From Camelus dromedarius (lineage: Eukaryota), in NCBI RefSeq assembly GCF_036321535.1, contig NC_087446.1:4652001-4716000 (forward strand): a stretch of DNA of 64,000 bases, given 5' to 3'. The notes below the pieces were generated by a model, which saw only the letters and a program-made list of their open reading frames with translations, was not told the origin of the DNA and made no database searches. How positions within the stretch are numbered: position 1 is the stretch's first letter; each line of letters opens with the position of its first letter. Below are positions 15,301-26,790 of the stretch, piece after piece. The position numbers were made by a program, and so were the translations under genes.

Positions 15301-18300
15301 TGTTATAATCAGCTCCAGGAAGAGTCCCGAGAACTACGGGATGTCCTACTAACAAAGATTAAGGGGCATGAAGGAGCTCTGGAAGCACCGCCGGTTTTTG
15401 GAGCACAGTCGTGTTTGACAAGCTCACAAGTGGAAGCTGCACTGTCGGGCAGGAGAGGAGCTGGACCGTACCATGCTGCCTTCGTTGTTCCCGACCATGG
15501 TGTTGTAGCTGCCCGTCAACCTCCTTAACTCCGTCACTTCAAAGGTAACGTCTAACCCATTTGGAAGCGCATCATCGCCTATTAAGTTGAAAATATTAAA
15601 CAATAAAGACAGCTAGAATGTGTAGTTACATATTCGGCCCCACCACTAGAAATGACAAAATGCAAACTGAAGCCTCGTCTTACTTTACAACCTCCTGTGG
15701 GAAACACGCTCTATTTTAAAGCTCAGTAACACGCCCACATAAAATCACACCACATTTCCACACCAAAAACCCGTGTCTGGTTTGTGGTCAATGATACCAA
15801 ACAGTCAGACGCAGCTGCAAGGAGTAACCAGAAGTGGATTATTTAAAACACGTATTATTTGCTAAAGGTACATGTTCCCTACTAGTGTGGTCCTTGAGAT
15901 TATTTGGGGCCTCAATTCAAATGACATTAAAACGAGGAATTCATGTGACAAGAGGGGGTCCAGTAACCCTGACGGAGAAGCAACAAACTCGATACAGGTG
16001 TCAGAAGCAAGTGGTTTTATCCTTCCTCAAGCTGGGAGTGTGGGGGCCTTGGGGTGCCTCCTCCCCGCTGCGGGCCCTGGGGCACAGGGCTGAGCGCCTC
16101 TCACAGAAAGGTGGGGGCTGGACATGAGCCGCACCTGGGAGCTGTCAGACTCGCAGGCGCTCAGGCACGGGCTCCCAAGTACCCAGACTCAGTTGGTCAG
16201 GGTGGAGCCTTGGCACTATCTTTTTTTTAATTAGTAGGCTTTATCGTTTAGAGCGGTTTTAGGTTTATAGAAAAACGGAGCTGAAAGCACAGAGCTAGTC
16301 CCACAGTTTCCATGTACGCCCTCCCCACACCCTCACACACATCCCTCCTCTCAGCAACACCTTGCACTAGTGTGGCATGTTTGCCCCAATGTGGCACATC
16401 ATTAACTCCAGGGCGACCACACTGAGGCCGCTCCTAGTGCTGCGCATCCGCAGCGTCTGACGCACGGATGATGTCGAGCGCTCTCCACTACAGTGTCACA
16501 CAGAACACCTGCACTGTCCTGAACCATTCCTTGTGAAAGCTCTCGGGTAGTTCTCACGTGCAGCTAGGGTGGAGGGCCGCTCGCAGAAGTGGACCCGTCA
16601 CACTTACAACAGACCGGAGAGCGCTAACTACGTGCCACCCAAGACTCGCCACCAAGAGAGCACTCCGGGGAAGGGACAGGGCCACTCAGTCACTCACTTG
16701 TCTGACCAGCGGCGTGTTGCTTAAACCTCTCTGAGCCTCTTTCCCTAGCTGAAAAACACTTCTTCCAGAAGAATAACCATGACACTTGACCAGGTCTGCA
16801 TGAGGACCCAACGGAATCACGCGCAGAGCTCAGCACAGGCACGACGGTTACTGCCGCCGTCACTCTGAGGATGCAGAGATAACCGGCGGTCCCCCGGCAC
16901 CGTCCCAGGGCGTCTGCGGCACTGGCACCACCACAGGCAGCAGCCCGGCTCGTCGTGGCAGCCTGCCGGCCCCAGCCCCAAAGCTTCCGCTTCAGCGGAA
17001 TGTGCGTTTCTGCCAGGTCCCCAGGTGAGAGCTGAGCTGCTGGTCCGGGACCACGCTCTGAGGACCACAGTTCTACTCGTAATTGCATCCTCGAGACTTA
17101 GCTGGGTACATGGCCTCACAGACTTTATTTCCCAGCCTCCCTTGGCCACGTGGGTCTTGGCCGATGGGATGAGAGGGGAGTGCTGTGTAGAGCACCGGGG
17201 ACAGGTGCTTAAAGAGAGCAGTGTGCCCTTTCACCCTCCTCTCCTCCTCCCTGAGGCTGGGATGGGGAACGTGGATGCTGGACGGGTCCTCTGCCTTCAC
17301 AGCAACCAGGGGACTCTAGAGACGGTAAGTGCCCAGCACCGGGGGAAAAACACACCAGCCCCAGGTGGCTTCCCAACTGTCACCAAAAGAGACTTCCCTC
17401 TAGCCCAGGCCTCTGTTGTCTGGGGTCTCTGCTAGTCACAGATGAGTCAATATTTCAAATAGTAAAAATCTTCCATTTACACAGCGTTTTGTATTTTTAC
17501 AAGCATTTTCATACACTGTTTCATTTATATCTCTTCAAAGTTATCCTCCACTCAATCCTCAAGAGTTCGCTTGTTCACTGATTCGTTCCAACGTGTACTT
17601 TTCAGTGGGTGTCTACTCAATCCAGAATAAAGTCCACCACCACCCACCTGCCTTCACGACCTGGTCTCCCCATCACTAGTGCCTTTTCTTCCATCACACT
17701 CATCCCCACATCTGCTCTCTGGGGCTAGAAGGCACTTGTGGTCCATCCAATGACGCTGTCTCTCTCTGGCCACTGGGCCTATTAAACCCTCTCTCTCTCT
17801 GGAACGTTTCCATCCCTCCCCTCACCACCAGCCCTGCTCCCCAAACGAACACAGACCCACCTTCCAGGTCCCAGCCATGGATCGCCCCTTCCAGGACACC
17901 TTCTCTGATCCCCCGTCCCTCCACCCCACCTCAAGAGACGCTGAGTGCCCCCCACCCCCGGTGGCACGACATCTCACCACGTGCTGTCCCCCCGCCCTGC
18001 CCCACTTGACCAGAAGCTCCTTCAGGAGGAGACAATGCCTTGTCTGCTGCTGTCTCTCCCCACAGCAGGTCTCAGGAATGAAAGAATAAACACTAAATTG
18101 AGACCAAATGAATAAAAACAAAAAGTGAAATCTGACTCCTATGCCCACCTCCTTTTAAAACACACATGTAGGTGGAGTCTGCCCAGGGCCCTTTCGGACA
18201 CCTTAGTGGGGGGTTTGCCAAAGAAAGCCTGGCTCTCTCCTTCGGGGTCCTTCCTGGAACCCTGGTACCAGCCAGGGGTGCTCAGGCAACGATATCTTCA

Positions 18301-21300
18301 AACTCACCCGTCCTCCCTTGGCCTGACACAAAAATTCAGTTTCTTTCTTGAGACCACAGGAGCTTTCTATGTCTGGCCACACAAACAGCTTCTGTGTCCC
18401 TGGAGGACGGAGGGAGGGAGAGGCAAATCAAAGACAAACTACACCACAATACGGACCTTGACACGTATCAATCAAAACATCCACTTGTCGGAATATCCCC
18501 AGACGGAGCAGTTTTTCACGGGCTTCGTGAGATTTCCTCATTACCTGGAAGAGAGAGAAAAACAGAGGATGTAGTTCTCTGAGATACAGAAACATAAACG
18601 GTGGCTGTAAGGCCGGCTGGAGGCTTAGCACGTGGTGCCAGGCGGCTGAGCCCTAAGAAGAGAGCATCACTGAGACCAGACCTGTGAGCAGTTACTTTAG
18701 TCAAAAGATGACTTAATGAAAGGTTACTTTAATCTTCCAAAAAAAACCACAAAGGCCAAGTAAATCGGGGAGTGAGAGGAGCCAGCTGGACCTGGGCACA
18801 AGGCAGCTGCCAGTGACACTGCCCAGGCACGCAGACGTGGTTCCAAGGGCAGAAGGAACCCATGGAGGAGACGAAGACGGTGCAGCCCAGGAAAGACACT
18901 GGTGGACAGCGGCGTAAGGGCCCGAGGAGACGGCGGGAGAGGGTAACTATCAAGAGCCCACCCCGCTGGGCCGCTCAGGGCCCCGAAGGGCGTGCACCAG
19001 AGCGCTGAGGGTGCCGGGGAAGGAGTCAGCGCTCAACACCGTCAGCGCCCAGGACGACGCTGGGTGGCTGGGAAAAGCACAAGGAGGGGCCAGCCTGGAA
19101 AAGAGGACACCTCCTTCTCCAGGGTAAGGGTGACACATCTAAGGCAAACACATCTAAGCTCGTGGGAGGCATCTGGGAAGTGAGGGGGTTCAGCTCCCTT
19201 CAGGGGAGCAGGGCAAAGTCATCAGCAGAGAGGCTGGGGGGGTACTCAGTGAGCAGACAGACACTCCCAGGATCTTCAGAAGGAAACAAGAAAGAAGGCC
19301 AAGCAGAGAGGGCACTTGCCTCAATGAGGTTTTTAGCCTTAAAAACATCTCCGATTTCACACATGATGATGTCATCTTTAGTTCTTCCAAGTCCATCAAA
19401 ATGAACGTGTTGAACAACCACCTACATGTGACAAGGGGACACAGATTATTAAGTACAAGGCAGGAGAGATTAGGCACTGAGGCTAAAGACAAATGTCTAA
19501 AATTAATTTCAGAGATTTGTGTTCACGTTTAACGATCCATACTTCTTAATTCCATGCCTTTTCAAAAAACTGGTCCCGGGAGCTTACCCTTCGTGAGGTC
19601 TGTACTTCCTGTGAAAGAGGCCTGCAAGGTCTCTGTAGGTCAGCCCTAAACCCCGGAGGGTGCAGAGGTCCCCTCCACGTCCTTCCCATAGGCTCCCCAA
19701 GCCCTGGTCCCTGGATGACTTGTAACCGTGTGTATCTGGCCAGAGATCCTGGGTGGGTTTGCGTCTGGCATGGTTAATGCTGGCTCAAGAGCCCGCATCT
19801 GTCATCTTCATCTACAAGTGTCTGCTTAACCAATTCACTCAACAGAAATGCACTGATCACCTGTGAGCCGAGTGCTGTTCTAAGCACTGAGAACACAGCA
19901 GTGAGCAAAACATAAACAGTCCTGTCTCAGTGGAGCTTATATTCTAAAGGAAGTAGAAACAGGCAAAGTGCATCGTCCAGCAGATGGCAGTGAGTTACAG
20001 AGACATCGTGGAGGGATCGTGGTGTCAGGGAAATGCAGGACTCACAGGTGAGAAGGTCTTAATTAAACAATTAATGAAAATGTCCTGCCATTTCTTCAAC
20101 TGTATTCCATTTCAAAGGCTACAAAGTTTTTTAAAAAGTTTCATTCAAGACCCAGGGTCTTTTGTCTGGGAGCAGAGAACAAAGTATAAACTTAAGCACA
20201 ATTTGAGTCTCTTTGAAATGGTGTTTTTTTAAAACATAAATACAAAAATTTGTTTAAACTTCTCACTTAAATAATCACCGAGGAAAAACTATTTCTCTGA
20301 AAATCAGAAACTATTTTCTAAGCCACCAGTCCTTATAAAATGCAGCTGGCTGCAAACCTGTCTTTGATACAGGCGCCACCACAGGTTCCCGTTTCCCTGC
20401 GGCCTGAGGCCTGCGGCGCAAGTGTTTCCAGCCACAACAAAGCAGAGCCTCCACAGGATACTCACATCCTTGTTCTCAAGAATTTCCTGTTTGGCTTCAG
20501 GTTCAACTTCAACAAACTCAGCTTCTTCTCCTAATCCTCCAAACTCAGGTCCACTGGCTGGGAGAGGCTCTAGACTCTGAAGGGGAAGAAGGAACCACAG
20601 ATAAATGGACTTACATTTGAAAAAAGCAAAATCTCTCCTTTTTGTCTTCAGATGGTGCTCCAGACAGCTCAGTGCCGGGGCTCCCTCTGGCGCTGGCGGC
20701 AGGAGCAGAGTGGGGCGCACATGGGCAGCATGAGCTCCTGCTGACGTACAAGCCTCAAGCCGGCAGTGAGCCCCCTGCTGCCCAGTGTGTGGTTAATACG
20801 GAAAACAAAGGTGAAAATTAATTAAAGGGTCAGGCACAAACCTATGATGACCGTGTCATAAACTGAGGGCTATACCTAATCTAGTTCTGTACACTTGAGC
20901 CCCATCTGAAGACAAAAAAAAAAAAAATTTCCTTTCCTGTGATAGAAAGTACCCTAATTTTTAAAATCAAAATTGGATACATTCTAGGATTACACTGACA
21001 AACCAAACTACTAAAAATTATTTTTCTGGACCCTGAGAGTTTTGTTTAGGTTCAGAAGGTCTCATTCACACATTAAGGGGAATGGCATATGCTCATAACA
21101 CGGGCCAGCCAGGAAGAGGTCATTTTCTTCAATCTGAGCTGACATTGTCTCAAAAGCATTCAAGCATCTTCTGAATAAAGGTTCCATGACAGCAATTATG
21201 GAGACGTAATGATAGAACAGTACATATAATACTACATGTCTGATATTACATATTTATTATACACATGATTGCATAACCACAGGGATTCCCAGACACTCCT

Positions 21301-24300
21301 GGAAGTGGATTCAGAAAGTCCAGTGTGGCACCAGGTGATGGTGCAAACAGGCGACTGTGGGGAAACCTATGGTCATTACTATCAGGCTGCTTCCTCACTC
21401 CACCAGTTCTCTACAAATAAGCACCTCTGAAGTGCACAGGAGTGTTTGGCTTCTGCAGCACGTGGAGTGACAGGGACTCTGGGCCACTGTCACCTATTTC
21501 CTGGACTATCCAACAGCCTCTTGTCAGCACATCCTCCATAATGTCGCTGGTTCTCTGGAAAGGCAATGACCTGACAGTACCATGTCCTCTTTTCCATCCT
21601 TTGCCTCAAAGACTCTGATGGTCCTCCGAGTGCCCTCGGGGAGAGGGTGCATCTAGGTTCCTCAGCAGGGCAGGCGAGCAACTCCACCACACAGCCCACA
21701 TCTGCCACCCCAGTTTCAACCCCCACCACTCCCCTGACCCTCGCATTCGTGTCTGTGCACACTTTGTTCTCTCTGCCCAGCATTACGAGCCTCGCAAGGA
21801 GTTTAAAGAAACATCTTCAATGTCATCTCCTCTGTGAGCCATGCCTGGCTTCTTCAGGCAGCATCAGCCCCTCCCTCACAGGGACACCTCTTACAAGTTT
21901 ATGACATTTGCACATACTCTTTCTTTTTCTTATTTTTATCTGCTGGGGCACATCAGAAGTACTCAAATATTTATACAATAGATGAGTGAGTGTTTTTTCT
22001 TGTTGTTCTTACATTTACTAAATATCTACTGAGTGCCTACTGTATGCTGAGCACCAGGCTAAAAAAGTAGGGAATGCAGCTGTGAATAAAACAGACTGAG
22101 TACCCTTCCCTCAGTGGTTGAAGTGGGACATTTACATAAGTAAAAAGGGGAAGACAGTGCTGGGCAAAGAAACAGGATTTATTTCACATAATTATCATTT
22201 CACTTTTGTTGTGTAATATATAAAAAATGGAATCATTATTCTATTTCTCAAAAATATAAACAAATTAAAATAGGAACTTTTTTCTGCAACATTTCATGTA
22301 CACGCTTTCTCAATATTTAAGTCCACATAGTGCGAAAAAGCATATTAAAGCTGTCCAGATAGTGTATGCAAAATATATATACTACGGTTAAGAATATTTG
22401 CCCATAGTCATTCTTCTTAATCTGAACGCTTGGCAAATACATTTCGTCTGGCATAAAGTTTATATTCTGTTATGCTAAAAAAAAAATTCCATTACGGTTC
22501 CTAAAATCACAAAGCATGAAACACGCTTCATCAAAGACCTGCCAGATCCTTCTGCATTCTGAAATCTGAAATTTAGACTTTAAGTTCAAGAGATGATGTC
22601 TTTACAGTTGCACTAAAGCCTGATGTCCTAAAATTAACTGTTTCATGCACAGAGATTCATTCATTCACCCAATATCTACCCACTGTGTGACAAGCACTTC
22701 CAAGATCCTTACCCTCAGAGAATTTACATTCCATCGTCTGGATAAGTAGTTCGTGAAATGAATTTAAAAAATATTTGGATCTAGCTTCTAATCTTTAAGC
22801 TGATTAGTCTACTAGTAAGTCAACAAATTTTATTAAACACCATGCACCAAGCACTGGGCAAGGCAGTGCTAACTGAAGAAAGAGGACAGGAAATAAATCT
22901 AATGAGTTATGAACAGCATCTTTAAAGCGATAAAGACTAGACTCAAACTGAAAACATAAGAAAACATAATACATATTCCTGGTAAATACTGTTTCAGAAA
23001 ACATTTGTTTCACATATAAACTAGAGAGCAAATATGAAATGTTTTCTTACTGTGAGCTCTGACCCTAAAATTCAAATAACACTCACTAGTGGAGTGTAAA
23101 GGTCAAATTAAAGAACTGAAATCATTTTCTGTCAATACATTGATCAGAGGAGCAGCAAATTTAGTGTCAAAAGAGCTCAATAAAAGTGAGACTTTTTTCC
23201 CTGTACAACTAGTACCAACAGTGCCAGGCACATAGTTGACCACTGGTAAATATTAGTTGAATAAAAGAATGAATGTTTACTTTGTCAAGGTGCTACAAGG
23301 GATGCTAGACAAGTAAGATGCAGCCTTAACATCCAGAAACTGCGAATCTAAAAGGATGAGTCAAAAATGCAAATAGAGCTAAAACAAGGCACCAGAGTAA
23401 AAATGTGAAGGAAGCTGGTAACATACAAAACTTGGAAATGAGGGGAGATAAGGAGATTCATGTAGTAAGGGACTTGAACTGAGTTCTAAAAGATGGGGAT
23501 ACTTTGACACTAAAGATGGGTGTGGGGGTGAGTGATAAAAGAGGGAGCTGCGCGCAACAGCACAGCCCAAAGAGCAAGTTGGAAGAACAGTGTTTTATTT
23601 GAGGGAAATATCTGTAAAAGGAAGTTAACTCCAATTCGGGACACCAGGCTGAGAAGTCTGTGCTAAAATTTTTTGGAAGCTAATGGGGAACGGCTGAAGA
23701 CTTATGAACAGGGCAACTGAAACAACCCATGTTATAAAAGAGAATTCGTGTTGAGGGCTGGGACTCAGGAGGTCTGAGTTTTAGAACCTTCTGAGGTTCC
23801 AACGGTGTGACCTCGGTCAAATATTCATTCTCTGGGCCTCAGTTAAGATTACGACCAAGGAGAGCAGTTAGGCCGTTTGGGCAGGCGCCAAACATCCCAG
23901 CAAACGCTTTTATATGCATTGTGTCTTCTAATCGTCCCAACAGCCCGGTGAGTACGTACTATTACTGCCTCCACTTTAAAAGGAAGAACTAAAGCATAGC
24001 GAAGTTCGTCTTTGCACGGTAAACAGGAGAAAGGAGGGCTCCTAGATGACGTGGGTTGGAAGACTTTAGAAGACACTTGGTGCTCTAGGAGTCTAGCAAG
24101 ACTCCAGTAGCGGCTGAGCGGGAGAGGCTGGAAAAGGTGACCAGTAAAGAGATTAGACGCTCGAAACCGCTAAAGACTGAACTTATTACTCTGCTCCAGG
24201 ACATCACGGAAAGTCCGCTAGTCCTTTCTGGGCCACTCCCCGAGTGACCTTGGGCAAATCACGTGCCTCCTTCGAGTATCGGTCTCCCACTAGGAAGTCT

Positions 24301-24535
24301 GCAGTACCCGCTGGCAGCATCTTTGCGGCCTTCTCCACGCGGCCCGCGACGGCCCCGCGCTGGGGCGCCGCAGGCTAGGGACCCGGCCGGGTTCGGCTCC
24401 CGCCTCCGGACCCCGCCGCACCCTCCCCAGGGCACCATAAGCGCAGCCGCGAGAGCGTCTCCCCGCGGCGCCCGCCCAGAGGTCACGCAGCTCGCGGGTC
24501 GCTGGGCCTCTTACCCGGGCGTGCACCGTCCCCAT
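162..24535 (-). CDS. SAMM50: SAMM50 (sorting and assembly machinery component 50), spliced, 3'-partial. Coding exons 1-14: 24515-24535, 20466-20576, 19320-19421, 18457-18544, 15472-15578, 14852-14982, 14530-14617, 12031-12159, 11479-11550, 10578-10664, 7813-7883, 5202-5269, 949-1095, 162-303. Final exon is outside the window.
   Basis: Exons join in one frame (1364 nt), from [44 protein letters not shown] to [17 protein letters not shown]. This matches mammalian Sam50 (POTRA domain plus Omp85 barrel, VRGF lid motif). All acceptors are AG; all donors are GT except one GC. Confidence 0.98.
949..1095 (-). CDS. SAMM50: SAMM50 coding exon 13 (147 nt)
   Basis: [48 protein letters not shown]; acceptor cacctag, donor G|gtaaag. 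Confidence 0.96.
3480..4395 (+). mobile_element. Old LINE-1 3' fragment (L1MC-like) with a nested short L1 3' end at ~3805-3925
   Basis: ORF2 C-terminal remnant ([31 protein letters not shown]) followed by L1 3' UTR ending in AATAAA. Confidence 0.8.
5202..5269 (-). CDS. SAMM50: SAMM50 coding exon 12 (68 nt)
   Basis: [22 protein letters not shown], containing the Omp85 (V/I)RG(F/Y) motif; acceptor cttgcag, donor G|gtctgt. Confidence 0.96.
6434..6452. repeat. (AC)n microsatellite
   Basis: About 9 AC units. Confidence 0.9.
7260..7452. mobile_element. Tigger2-like non-autonomous DNA transposon (TcMar)
   Basis: Degenerate terminal inverted repeats: CAGTTGACCCGTGAGCAA ... TCGTTCAGGAGTCACTG followed by TA. 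Confidence 0.7.
7813..7883 (-). CDS. SAMM50: SAMM50 coding exon 11 (71 nt)
   Basis: [23 protein letters not shown]; acceptor tcaatag, donor AG|gtaagt. Confidence 0.95.
9812..9983 (-). mobile_element. tRNA-derived SINE (camelid Vic-1-like) with (AATC)n/(AACC)n tail
   Basis: Minus strand reads GGGGGAGGGTACAGCGCAGTCACGGAGCGCGTGCTTAGCGTGCATGAGGTCCTGGGTTCAATCCCCAGTGCCTCCATTAAAATAAG: tRNA-like head with B box GGTTCAATCC and a simple-repeat tail. Confidence 0.85.
10578..10664 (-). CDS. SAMM50: SAMM50 coding exon 10 (87 nt)
   Basis: [29 protein letters not shown]; acceptor cccacag, donor gtgagt. Confidence 0.95.
11479..11550 (-). CDS. SAMM50: SAMM50 coding exon 9 (72 nt)
   Basis: [24 protein letters not shown]; acceptor ctttcag, donor gtagtg. 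Confidence 0.95.
12031..12159 (-). CDS. SAMM50: SAMM50 coding exon 8 (129 nt)
   Basis: [43 protein letters not shown]; acceptor cttgcag, donor gtaagg. Confidence 0.95.
14530..14617 (-). CDS. SAMM50: SAMM50 coding exon 7 (88 nt)
   Basis: [29 protein letters not shown]; acceptor ctcctag, donor gtaagt. Confidence 0.95.
14852..14982 (-). CDS. SAMM50: SAMM50 coding exon 6 (131 nt)
   Basis: [43 protein letters not shown]; acceptor ctcccag, donor gtaggc. Confidence 0.95.
15472..15578 (-). CDS. SAMM50: SAMM50 coding exon 5 (107 nt)
   Basis: [35 protein letters not shown]; acceptor ttaatag, donor gtacgg. Confidence 0.95.
16221..16530 (-). mobile_element. Old LINE-1 3' UTR fragment (L1MC/MD-like)
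   Basis: T-tract followed by ttagagcggttttaggtttatagaaaaa, typical of the reverse complement of an L1M 3' end. Confidence 0.65.
18457..18544 (-). CDS. SAMM50: SAMM50 coding exon 4 (88 nt)
   Basis: [29 protein letters not shown]; acceptor cttccag, donor G|gtccgt. Confidence 0.95.
19320..19421 (-). CDS. SAMM50: SAMM50 coding exon 3 (102 nt), GC donor
   Basis: [34 protein letters not shown]; acceptor catgtag, donor GAG|gcaagt. Confidence 0.93.
20466..20576 (-). CDS. SAMM50: SAMM50 coding exon 2 (111 nt)
   Basis: [37 protein letters not shown]; acceptor ccttcag, donor gtgagt. Confidence 0.95.
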
Positions 24536-25120
24536 GGCTCCCTCTCTGGCCGCCGCCTCCCAGAGCTGGCTGGGCCCCACCAAGGTTCGGCTGATGAGGG
24601 CAGAGGGCGGGTGCTCGGTGGCGGAACTACACGTCGGTGCAACACCCACAAGCCCCCGGACGCGGAGAATTGGGGGAGGCCATGATGCCCCGCCTTCTCC
24701 CCGCCCCCTGGCTCGCGATGCCTCCGCTCATTGGCCCCTAAGAGTCCGTGACCCGGATGTTCATGCGGACGCCGGGAAGGCCTGTGACCCAAAGATGTCT
24801 CAAGCGCCGAGCGTTCAATGGTGCCCGCGAAGCTGCTGTCTCGTGGTGGGCTGGCCTGCGTGAGAGTCCGCTGGAAGCTGGCCCCGGAGTTGCCCCTGGG
24901 AGAGACCGGACCAGGTGGTGGGTGCGCCGGGGCTTCACCCATGTCTCTCCCTTAACCCTCCCGACACCTCGTCCGGGTGAGTGCGGTGCGTATGCCCACG
25001 CCCCCGCGACGCGCGGACCTCCCACGGCCGGCCGCGGCCGTAGTCTCACTCAGCGTCTGGAGCTGCCCAAATCCGAATTGGCGCCCTGCTCCTCTCCTGC
25101 TGGCCGCACGGGCCCTTTAA
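24260..25120 (-). promoter_or_regulatory. SAMM50 CpG-island promoter
   Basis: Dense CpG around exon 1. GC boxes near 24605 and 24688-24707; ATTGG (CCAAT on the minus strand) at 24730-24734; ACTACA (ZNF143/THAP11-like half motif) at 24626-24631. No TATA box seen. Confidence 0.85.
24515..24535 (-). CDS. SAMM50: SAMM50 coding part of exon 1 (21 nt, MGTVHAR)
   Basis: gagccATGG Kozak context; CGG|gtaaga donor; lies inside a CpG island. Confidence 0.93.
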
Positions 25121-26629
25121 GTCACTGAAACCTCTGGGGCTCAGGCTCCTCGTTGCCAGAATAAAGGTGACAGTCTTATGTATTTCGCAGGGATGGATTA
25201 AAAGTCTCACGCGTGAGACACAGAATGCCTAGCACAGGGCAGGGCACTTAGTGAGCAGTGAGTAAATGACCATTATTCTTCCAGCCGCAACCAATAAATG
25301 TCAGTGAGTGTCACCCAGGGCTTCGCAGGGGGGCCATTCACATCTGAGAGCAAGAGCCCCGGGGCTTCGTTTCCGTGGTGGAAACAGCTTTACCCCCTTA
25401 AAAGACAATATATGGTAAATAACAGTCACGTTGTGGTAAATGCATTGAGAGAAACAAATCAGAGACAATGAGAGAAGGATTTTCAGTATCACGTGGACTC
25501 AGGTTTCCACCCCTTCCTAGAGACACTGACACCCTGTTCCATTTAAGTAGCAGCACCCTAATCCTCCAGCATCTCTGGGGTAAATATTAAGACCACATTC
25601 CCCTTCTTGCCTGGAAAGAAGTTAGTTCCTTCCAGACCTCTCTCTTTCCTTCACTGCACCCCTTGTCGGTCTTCCCAGTTGGACTGTCGCTCCCGGGAGG
25701 TGGAGTCCAGTCCGTCTGGTTCACTCCATGAGCCCAGAGGCTAGCACAGTGCCTGGCATGATGCAGGGTCTCGGTGAATATTTGCTGAATTACTGCTCCC
25801 CTACTGTAGGCTAGGTTAGACAGACACCGCTTATTAAAAATGCACTTCCCTGGGTCTCAGCCCTGACCTACTGAGTCAACCTCTGGAAAGTAGAATCTGG
25901 AGATCTGAATTTCTGAAAAGTATGCCAGGGAATTCTTCTGCCTGCTAGATTGACTCTGTTGTTGTCAGGGCGGGGGGTGGGGGGTGCTGTTTCTTGCCCA
26001 CTAGATTTAAGAATCCCTCATTTAAAAAAAGACTTTGTATCCATGTCTTACTTCATCACTAGTAACTAAAGTCTTTGAAGACAGAGGTCTGCTAACCTGC
26101 TTATAAGAAACTTGGCCAGAAACGGGCGGAAGGAGTGCACAGCAGTGGGGAAGTGGGGAAGAGGCAGAGGCAGGGCATCGGCAAGCAGTGCAGGACGAGG
26201 ATACAGAGCAGTGATACAAGACAGGCACGACAGCCTCCGGGAAAGGGGAAAGGTGTGCAGGGCCAGGCCTCCGGGGGAGAGACTTCTGGGACTGGGCATG
26301 GATTCAAGAGGCAGAAGGAAAGCATGGGCTGCGAGCTGAGGACGAAAGGGGCTATACATTAGCTGTCGACCCAGGCAGGTCACATCCTCTTGTCACTCTT
26401 CTCCACTGTAAAATAATGGGATGAGATTGCTAAGGATTCTGCCAGTTCTACAAAAGATTTTTTTAAATTGGTTTATATTTCACACTAGGAAGTAACAGGG
26501 TCCTGGGTGTTGCAGGCTTTTGAGCGCATTTTGGAGCTCCACCTGCCAGGGGATCGCAATCAGGTTAGCTCCTACTTAGTGTTTGTGAGAGCTGGCTTGA
26601 TAGACCTGCTGGCTGGGTTCAGCCATTTT

Positions 26630-26790
26630 TCTGCCACTACTAAGCTGTGTGGCCTTTAGCAAGGCACGTACCTCTCTGAGTCAGTTTCCTCTTGTAAAGT
26701 GTGGGTAGTACTGGTACCTGCCTTATAGGCTTGTTCTGAGGGGTCAGTGAGTTAATAGATGTAAAGCTGTGCCTGGCCCAGAGGGAGCAC
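26630..26790 (+). mobile_element. MIR SINE fragment
   Basis: ctgccactactaagctgtgtggcctt...ctctctgagtcagtttcctcttgtaaag MIR core. Confidence 0.7.
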
